DNA of 64,000 nt from positions 5,267 to 69,266 of the forward strand of contig CAVVDU010000038.1 in the NCBI GenBank assembly GCA_963746935.1. The letters run 5' to 3'. Positions 57,430-64,000 of the stretch are shown one piece after another. The notes under the pieces were generated by a model. It saw only the letters and a program-made list of their open reading frames with translations, searched no databases and was not told where the DNA came from. Position 1 is the first letter of the stretch, and every line of letters starts with the position of its first letter. Origin of the DNA: an uncultured delta proteobacterium (GTDB lineage Bacteria > Desulfobacterota > Desulfuromonadia > Geobacterales > Geobacteraceae). Position numbers and translations under genes: made by a program.

Positions 57430-58304
57430 TATTTGGTACAGAGCCAGAAACATCCATGTCTGAAGAGGAATTCCGGCTTGTCAGGGACCTCATTCACAGC
57501 CACTGCGGAATCTTTTTTGATACCGATGCAAAGTTTCTGTTGGAAAAGAGGCTTGCCCGGAGGCTAGACCAACATCAGCTCCCCGGTTTTAAGGAATATT
57601 ACCATTTCCTCAAGTACAGTCGCGTCAGGGAGCAGGAACTCTCCGATATCATGGACGTTCTTACCACCAACGAGACCTACTTCTTTCGAGAGGAGTTCCA
57701 GCTAAATGCCTTTGTCGGGGAACTTCTGCCGGAACTGAAGGCAGTGAAAGAAAAGCGGGGAGACCGCACGATCCGCATCTGGAGTGCCGGCTGCTCAACC
57801 GGCGAGGAGCCCTACACGATTGCAATGCTGATGCTGGAGACGGGGGCTTTCAAGGATTGGAAAATCGAGATTGTCGGGACAGACATCAGTCACAGGGTTC
57901 TTCAGCATGCTCGAAAAGGTCTGTACGGAAAATCATCTTTCAGAACGACCTCACCGGAACGGATCCAGAGGTTTTTCCACCAGCAGGACGGACTCTACCG
58001 GATAAACGATGAGGTCCGGGGCCTTGTTACAATCAGTCATCTGAATCTTCTCGACGAGAACAGAATGATCCTGCTGGGGAAAATGGATATCATTTTCTGC
58101 CGAAATGTGATTATTTATTTTGACCAGGCAGCGAAGAAGCTGGTCATCGAATCATTTTACCGGTCACTCCGTGAGGGAGGATATCTCCTTCTCGGTCATT
58201 CCGAGTCTCTTCTGAATACCACGACCGCTTTTGCTTTGAAGCACCTGAAAAATGACATGGTCTACCAGAAACCGGCGTCAGGTTTCGGGCGAGGAGTCCT
58301 GTGA
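57426..58304 (+). CDS. cheR: chemotaxis protein methyltransferase CheR
   Basis: [20 protein letters not shown] and [11 protein letters not shown]. The ATG overlaps the upstream stop (atga). Confidence 0.92.
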   Translation: MIFGTEPETSMSEEEFRLVRDLIHSHCGIFFDTDAKFLLEKRLARRLDQHQLPGFKEYYHFLKYSRVREQELSDIMDVLTTNETYFFREEFQLNAFVGELLPELKAVKEKRGDRTIRIWSAGCSTGEEPYTIAMLMLETGAFKDWKIEIVGTDISHRVLQHARKGLYGKSSFRTTSPERIQRFFHQQDGLYRINDEVRGLVTISHLNLLDENRMILLGKMDIIFCRNVIIYFDQAAKKLVIESFYRSLREGGYLLLGHSESLLNTTTAFALKHLKNDMVYQKPASGFGRGVL

Positions 58305-59390
58305 GCAAGATCAGGGTACTTGTCATCGATGATTCTGCCTTCAACCGTAGAACGATTACCAAGATACTGGAAGGGCTTCCCGAGGTAGAGGTGATCGGCT
58401 ATGCGGTGGATGGCGAAGAGGGCATGCGTCGCATCCTGGCCCTCAAGCCTGACCTTGTCACCCTCGACATCGAAATGCCGCGGATGGACGGTTTTACCCT
58501 GCTTCGCATCATTATGAGCAACTGTCCCACACCGGTTATTGTCGTGAGTTCAAGGGGTGGTGATGACAGCGTATTCAAGGCTTTGGAACTGGGTGCTATA
58601 GACTTTATTCTCAAGCCCACGGCCGGGGCCCTGGAAGAGTTGATAAAGATCCGTGAAGACCTGCACGAAAAAGTTCGGGGAGTCTTCAACCTCAATATGT
58701 CCTCTGTCAGAAAGAGGGGGGAGCTCCTACAGAAAGGAAACAAAGGCGATTCCGCCAGGGAAATAAAGGCGTTGTTCGCTCCGCGGAAACGGGGTCTCGA
58801 AACAATTTCCGTGGTAGCAATAGGTGCTTCAACAGGAGGGCCACCGGCATTGCAGAGTATTTTCTCGGCATTTCCCGGAGATGTCCCCTTTTCGATAGTT
58901 GTTTCCCAGCACATGCCTCCCGGGTTTACCCGCACCTTTGCCGAAAGACTCAACAGGACTTCGGCGCTTCAGGTTGTCGAGGCCTGCGATGGTGATCCGG
59001 TAAGGCCCGGGTGTGCCTTGATCGCACCGGGGGGGAAGAATATGGTTTTCAGGAAAAACGGAAGGTTCTGTGACAGTCCAGCTTGTTGAACCTGGGCCAA
59101 AGGAAAACTACCTTCCTTCTGTTGACAGGATGTTTCAATCAGGGTCGGAAGTTTTTGGTCCCAAGCTTTTGGGTGTTGTCCTGACCGGCATGGGAAATGA
59201 CGGAAGCATCGGGGTCTGTGCCATCAAGAAAGCCGGTGGACAAGTGCTATCGGAGTCCGAGGATTCGGCGGTTATCTTTGGGATGCCGAGGGCGGCGATT
59301 GCAACGGGGATGGTTGATGCTGTCGTCTCCCTCGAGAAGATGACTGACGAGATACTGGTACGCTGTGGTTTTGTTGGGGAGAGAAACTGA
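58301..59390 (+). pseudogene. cheB: protein-glutamate methylesterase CheB, frame broken by one extra base near 59054-59070 (or sequencing error)
   Basis: ORF 58301..59089 carries the REC domain ([17 protein letters not shown]) and the start of the esterase ([21 protein letters not shown]). ORF 59070..59390 in the +1 frame carries the rest ([26 protein letters not shown]). Deleting one A from the A5 run at 59054-59058 gives a continuous ...[15 protein letters not shown]... Confidence 0.88.
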
Positions 59391-59402
59391 GAGGAGCATG
59401 TT

Positions 59403-60227
59403 ATGGCGACTGATGAAGAAAAAGGGGTTTCCTACAACGCTGAAGAGTTTCTGCAACTTTTTAAAAAGGGGGCTGAATTCACTCAGGAACTTCTGAAAGA
59501 GAATGAGCGTCTCCGGTTTCGTATCCTCCAGGTGGAAGATAGCCTCCATACCATGGATCATGAAACAATCGTAACGGACGAGAATAGAAAACTGGTCGAG
59601 AAGATTGAACTTCTTGAAAAAGAGAAGGCGGAGATTATCGAGAGGATTCTTCAGGTTGAAAGGGAGAATCAGGACTTCGCCGAGCGTTACGTGGAGGTAG
59701 AGGCTGAGAACAACAACCTCGCCAACCTTTACATTGCCAGTTATCAACTCCACTCGACTCTTGATTTTCGGGAGGTTCTGCAGATCATCACCGAGATCAT
59801 CATCAATCTGATCGGTGCCGAAGAGTTTGCCATTCTGCTGCTTGATGAAAAGACAAATGAACTGAATGCAGTGGCAACCGAAGGGGTTACCCGTGAAGAA
59901 ATACCATCGATGAAGATGGGAAGCGGGATAGTCGGCTCTGTGGCGAAAACCGGGGATAATTATTTCGTGGAGGATATGGATGGTTATTCGCGTGATTTTC
60001 TGAATCCAATGGTTTGCATCCCCTTGAAGATCAAGGAGCACGTAATTGGGGTGATCGTTATTTACAAGCTCCTCATCCAGAAAAAGTATTTCGCCCCTGT
60101 CGACTATGAGCTGTTCACCCTCCTGGCGGGTCATGCGGCCACGGCGATTTTCAGCTCCAAATTGTATTCCGAGTCCGAGCGCAAGCTCTCGACTATCCAG
60201 GGTTTTATACAACTGCTTACTAAATAG
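59403..60227 (+). CDS. coiled-coil plus GAF domain protein
   Basis: The N-terminal ~110 aa are heptad-rich (LVEKIELLEKEKAEIIERILQVERENQDF). The C-terminal GAF-like domain is LDFREVLQIITEIIINLIGAEEFAILLLDE...GIVGSVAKTG...IPLKIKEHVIGVIVIY. Confidence 0.75.
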   Translation: MATDEEKGVSYNAEEFLQLFKKGAEFTQELLKENERLRFRILQVEDSLHTMDHETIVTDENRKLVEKIELLEKEKAEIIERILQVERENQDFAERYVEVEAENNNLANLYIASYQLHSTLDFREVLQIITEIIINLIGAEEFAILLLDEKTNELNAVATEGVTREEIPSMKMGSGIVGSVAKTGDNYFVEDMDGYSRDFLNPMVCIPLKIKEHVIGVIVIYKLLIQKKYFAPVDYELFTLLAGHAATAIFSSKLYSESERKLSTIQGFIQLLTK

Positions 60228-60253
60228 AGACACCCTGTGGAGGAGATGCCGGT

Positions 60254-60631
60254 ATGCCAGAATATAAGATTTTGATTATCGAAGATTCCCCGACCATGAG
60301 GCAACTGATTGCATTTGCCCTGAAAAGGCTTCCAGGGGTTCGAATCGTGGAGGCTAATGATGGTGTCGACGGGTTGAAGAAGCTTTCTTCCGATAAGTTT
60401 GACCTGATCCTGACCGATATCAACATGCCGGTCATGGATGGATTGAAGCTTGTGAGCCTTGTCCGCAATGACGCCAATTATCGTACTACCCCGATTGTGG
60501 TAATAACTACCGAGGGTGCCCAGGAGGATCGTGACCGTGCCCTTTCCCTTGGTGCGAATGACTATATTACCAAGCCGATTCAGGCCAACAGGATTCTTGA
60601 ACTGGCACGGACTCTTCTCAAGCAGGTGTAA
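60254..60631 (+). CDS. cheY: CheY-like single-domain response regulator
   Basis: ILIIEDS, LILTDINMPVMDGLKL, VITTE and YITKPI. Confidence 0.88.
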   Translation: MPEYKILIIEDSPTMRQLIAFALKRLPGVRIVEANDGVDGLKKLSSDKFDLILTDINMPVMDGLKLVSLVRNDANYRTTPIVVITTEGAQEDRDRALSLGANDYITKPIQANRILELARTLLKQV

Positions 60632-60727
60632 TCACCGGGGCCCGAACCAATCCGGCCAAAAGTCCACCACTGAAAAGGCTTCTGTCCGCTGAGCGTATTA
60701 AATTATTCATCGAGATGATATCCATCG

Positions 60728-60786
60728 TGTAGGGACGGCCCCCTTTGGCAGCCCGATAAGGGCAGGCACAGGGGCCTGCCCCTACA
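60728..60786. repeat. REP-like GC-rich palindromic element upstream of leuS
   Basis: tgtaggg...ccctaca form the outer arms (60728-34 / 60780-86). They enclose an inner hairpin gggcagg-cacagggg-cctgccc. It resembles the gtaggggc...gcccctac REP class seen in many environmental genomes, as I recall it. Confidence 0.45.
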
Positions 60787-60860
60787 TATCACCCGTCATG
60801 TAGATAGCAACATGAATCAAGTAGTATAACAGCTGAGAATATTACCGGAGGTATACTGTC

Positions 60861-63338
60861 GTGGAGGAGAAATTTGTCCCCAAGAATGTTGAAGAAAAAT
60901 GGCAACAATTCTGGGAGGAAAGCTCGGCTTTTCGGGCGACCAGAAATGAAGATAAAGAAAAATATTACCTGCTGGAGATGTTTCCCTATCCATCGGGTCG
61001 GATTCATATGGGTCATGTGCGCAACTACTCCATCGGAGACGTTATTGCCCGCTTCATGAGAATGCGCGGCCGGAATGTGCTCCATCCGATGGGATGGGAC
61101 GCCTTCGGAATGCCGGCTGAAAATGCGGCAATTCAGAATAAGAGTCATCCAGGTACCTGGACCTACGAAAATATCGAATATATGCGCAGCCAGTTGAAAA
61201 AGCTGGGTTTTTCCTACGATTGGGATCGGGAGATCGCCACCTGTCATGTTGGCTACTATCGATGGGAGCAGCTCATATTTCTGAAAATGTATGAAAAGGG
61301 TCTTGCCTATAAGAAAAATTCCTTTGTCAACTGGTGCCCGAAATGTGAGACGGTGCTTGCCAATGAGCAGGTTGAAGATGGTGTCTGCTGGAGATGTGAC
61401 AGTGAGGTTGTGCAAAAGGAGCTTGATCAGTGGTTCCTCCGGATTACCGATTATGCCGAGGAGTTGCTGGACTATACCAACAAGCTTCCGGGGTGGCCGG
61501 AGCGGGTTCTAACCATGCAGCGCAACTGGATTGGCAAGAGTTCCGGCTGTGAAATCGATTTCGCCCTGGAGGGTGGTACCGGGTCAGTCCGGGTATTCAC
61601 AACCCGTCAGGACACCCTCTACGGTGCAACCTTCATGTCTCTTGCGCCGGAGCACCCCCTTGCGATGGAACTGGCCGCTTCCGACAAACGTGAAGAGGTA
61701 GCCGCTTTTATCGATAAGGTGAAAAGAACCGATAAGCAGGTGCGAACTGCTGAGGACCTTGAAAAAGAAGGCGTTTTTACCGGTTCGTACTGCATTAACC
61801 CGGTAACCGGGCAGCGAATGCCGATCTATCTTGCCAACTTTGTGCTCCCGGAATACGGGACCGGTGCCGTCATGGCCGTACCGACCCACGATCAGCGGGA
61901 TTTCGAATTTGCGCAGAAATACGGATTGCCCCTGCAGGTGGTGATCCAGCCTGTGGGAGAATCGCTTGATTCTGCTACCATGACTGCCGCATATACCGAC
62001 GAAGGGGTTATGGTCAACTCGGGGCCCTTTGACGGCTTGAACAGCAGCGAATCAAAGGAAAAGATTGCCGATTACCTGGAAAAAGAGGGTTTCGGCAAAA
62101 AGACGATCAATTACCGTTTGCGTGATTGGGGCATTTCCCGTCAGCGTTACTGGGGGAATCCGATTCCCATTATCTATTGTGACAGTTGTGGTGCCGTTCC
62201 CGTCCCTGAGAGCGACCTGCCCGTTGTTCTGCCCATGGATGCAAAGTTCAGCGGAGAAGGGGGAAACCCCTTGGCAAAGGTATCCTCTTTTGTGTCTGTT
62301 GCCTGCCCGAAATGCGGCAAGCCGGCACGCCGCGAGACGGATACCATGGACACTTTTGTGCAGTCTTCCTGGTACTTCCTCCGCTATTGCTGCCCGAGGT
62401 TTGACCAGGGACCTCTTGACCGGGAAGAAACGGAATACTGGATGTCCGTGGACCAGTACATTGGGGGGATTGAGCACGCCGTACTGCATCTCCTCTATGC
62501 ACGGTTTTTTACCAAGGTTCTCCGTGATATGGGTTATGTGAATATCGACGAGCCGTTTGTCAACCTTCTGACCCAGGGGATGGTGATCAAAGACGGCGCT
62601 AAAATGAGCAAATCCAAGGGGAATGTGGTGGATCCTGATTCTCTCATCAAGGTGTATGGTGCGGACACCGCACGGCTCTTTTCGCTGTTTGCCTCACCAC
62701 CGGAACGGGACCTGGAATGGAGCGACCAGGGAGTGGACGGGAGCTTTCGATTTCTCAACAGAGTCTGGAAGCTGGTGTTCGAGTTCGCTCCGTTGGTCAA
62801 AAATATCAGTGCAGTAAACAAATCACTGACATTATCCGGAGAATCAGGAAAACTTCGCCGAGCAATCCACAAGACCATCAAAAAGGTCACCGAAGATGTT
62901 GAGGAACGCTTTCATTTTAATACAGCCATTGCGGCAATCATGGAGCTTGTTAACAGCATCTCATCCTTTGAGTCGAAAAAAGACCCGTCCTGCGCCCCGG
63001 TTCTCAAAGAGGCGCTGGAAGCAGTTGTTCTGCTCCTGGCTCCTTTTGTCCCCCATATTACGGAAGAATTATGGGAAGGACTCGGGCACGAGGGAGGCAT
63101 CGGTGCTGCTTCCTGGCCGTTGTATGATGCGAATGCCATTGTGGAAGACGAGTTGACCATTGTCGTACAGGTCAATGGCAAACTACGGGGCAAGGTAATG
63201 GTAGATGCCGCTGCAACAGAGGAACAGGTTCGGTCTGCCGCTCTTGCTGATGAAAAGGTCGTTGCCCATATGGAAGGCAAGACCGTCAGGAAGATAATCT
63301 ATGTTCCTGGAAAACTCCTGAACATCGTAGTTGCTTGA
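60861..63338 (+). CDS. leuS: leucine--tRNA ligase
   Basis: [17 protein letters not shown] (HIGH), KMSKSKGN (KMSKS) and a CP1 editing domain ([12 protein letters not shown]). GTG start. Confidence 0.96.
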   Translation: MEEKFVPKNVEEKWQQFWEESSAFRATRNEDKEKYYLLEMFPYPSGRIHMGHVRNYSIGDVIARFMRMRGRNVLHPMGWDAFGMPAENAAIQNKSHPGTWTYENIEYMRSQLKKLGFSYDWDREIATCHVGYYRWEQLIFLKMYEKGLAYKKNSFVNWCPKCETVLANEQVEDGVCWRCDSEVVQKELDQWFLRITDYAEELLDYTNKLPGWPERVLTMQRNWIGKSSGCEIDFALEGGTGSVRVFTTRQDTLYGATFMSLAPEHPLAMELAASDKREEVAAFIDKVKRTDKQVRTAEDLEKEGVFTGSYCINPVTGQRMPIYLANFVLPEYGTGAVMAVPTHDQRDFEFAQKYGLPLQVVIQPVGESLDSATMTAAYTDEGVMVNSGPFDGLNSSESKEKIADYLEKEGFGKKTINYRLRDWGISRQRYWGNPIPIIYCDSCGAVPVPESDLPVVLPMDAKFSGEGGNPLAKVSSFVSVACPKCGKPARRETDTMDTFVQSSWYFLRYCCPRFDQGPLDREETEYWMSVDQYIGGIEHAVLHLLYARFFTKVLRDMGYVNIDEPFVNLLTQGMVIKDGAKMSKSKGNVVDPDSLIKVYGADTARLFSLFASPPERDLEWSDQGVDGSFRFLNRVWKLVFEFAPLVKNISAVNKSLTLSGESGKLRRAIHKTIKKVTEDVEERFHFNTAIAAIMELVNSISSFESKKDPSCAPVLKEALEAVVLLLAPFVPHITEELWEGLGHEGGIGAASWPLYDANAIVEDELTIVVQVNGKLRGKVMVDAAATEEQVRSAALADEKVVAHMEGKTVRKIIYVPGKLLNIVVA

Positions 63339-63494
63339 TGCCGATAAATGCTCAAGCCGTGTCTGGCTCGCATTCAAGCTGTAACGGACAGGCAGTGTCC
63401 TGACTTACTGTACCGGACTGCTCGTTCCGTGATACCTATCATTACTACCTGCTTGTTTTCAAAACCGCCCGGTTCTGCCGGGTAAGGGGGGGTT

Positions 63495-64000
63495 GTGCGA
63501 ACTGCGCTGCTTTCATTGCTACTTATATTGTTTTCGACACTTTTTACGGGTTGCGGCTATCATTCCATTGCTCAGGACAGTCAGAAGCGTTTTGGTGAAG
63601 CGGCAACAGTCAGTATCCCGATTTTCACAAACAAGACCTATAAGCCGAACCTCGAAAATATTCTGCTCAATGATCTGATTGGAGAGTTTGCCAGAAGAAA
63701 AGGGCTACAGGTCGTACGGAGTGAGGTTTCCGATTACACCCTTTCCGGTGAGGTGCTCAGCTACGGAAAGAGTGCTGTTTCCTACACGGGGTATGATATC
63801 GTGAAGGAGTACAAGGCTACCATAACAATCTCAGCAACACTGCGTAAAAATAGTAATCGGAAAGTGATCTGGAGAGGACAGCTTTCCTGGAGTCAGTATT
63901 TGCCGGCAAGTTCTGACATTGCTCTCCAGCAGGACAGCGAGGACGCAGCGATTCAAGAAATCTGCCAGCGCCTTGCTCAGCAGTTGTACCTGAAAATCAA
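63495..64000 (+). CDS. lptE: LPS-assembly lipoprotein LptE-like; 3' end outside the window (not in the ORF track)
   Basis: My own translation from GTG 63495 reads VRTALLSLLLILFSTLFTGCGYHS... (lipobox LFTGC). It stays open to nt 64000: ...VSIPIFTNKTYKPNLENILLNDLIGEF...EYKATITISATLRKNSNRKVIWRG... The SD aagggggg lies upstream. The position after leuS is as in E. coli leuS-lptE. Confidence 0.65.
   Translation, partial: MRTALLSLLLILFSTLFTGCGYHSIAQDSQKRFGEAATVSIPIFTNKTYKPNLENILLNDLIGEFARRKGLQVVRSEVSDYTLSGEVLSYGKSAVSYTGYDIVKEYKATITISATLRKNSNRKVIWRGQLSWSQYLPASSDIALQQDSEDAAIQEICQRLAQQLYLKI

Noticed and set aside
59041-59090. Programmed ribosomal frameshifting as an explanation for the cheB, purC and DUF2339 frame breaks.
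   Set aside because: All three need a +1 shift. None has a recognisable +1 signal (a slow or stop codon after a slippery CUU-type codon, with an upstream SD-like stimulator). aggaaaaac does not fit the X XXY YYZ -1 heptamer in frame. Three independent single-base insertions, at least two in short homopolymers, fit sequencing/assembly error better.

Overview
This 64-kb chromosomal window has the gene content and order of a Desulfuromonadales/Geobacter-like deltaproteobacterium. That placement is inferred from synteny I recall, not from a database hit.

Most of the window is core housekeeping:
- A 5'-truncated O-methyltransferase, purC, a ppiD-like chaperone and mreB.
- An LPS/sugar-nucleotide block (GT2, gmhA, DHS-like, hldE, gmhB, rfbA, rmlC-like) sitting between mreB and mreC-mreD-mrdA-rodA.
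- A minus-strand operon: coiled-coil, DUF2339, DUF3999, YbjN-like, msrA, nudC.
- An AmmeMemoRadiSam-type radical SAM gene.
- plsC-rnhA-HNH-HAD, and yicC-gmk-rpoZ-rel-ridA.
- rpmB, a DUF218 gene, and tmk-holB / PSP1-metG.
- rnc, a radical SAM gene, era and der.
- leuS and a 3'-truncated lptE-like lipoprotein gene. The ORF track misses the latter because it runs off the window.

I recognised no rRNA, tRNA, CRISPR array, integrase or transposase.

Two regions stand out:
1. An AT-richer ~6.9-kb insertion between era and der (39.5-46.3 kb). It carries only a membrane-anchored WG-repeat protein and a 1084-aa STAND ATPase that ends in a winged-helix plus BTAD module. Unusually long structured spacers surround these genes.
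2. A 12-gene chemosensory cluster (47.9-60.6 kb). It has CheA, two CheW, CheR, CheB and five receiver domains but no MCP. It also contains an ExeA-like ATPase, a zinc-ribbon receiver protein, a HEAT-repeat protein and two GAF-type proteins.

A translationally coupled DUF2339-DUF3999-YbjN-like module is a third candidate uncharacterised system.

Three genes (purC, DUF2339, cheB) are each broken by what looks like a single extra base. This pattern fits homopolymer-type sequencing error better than biology.

At least three families of short palindromic REP/MITE-like repeats occupy intergenic spacers.
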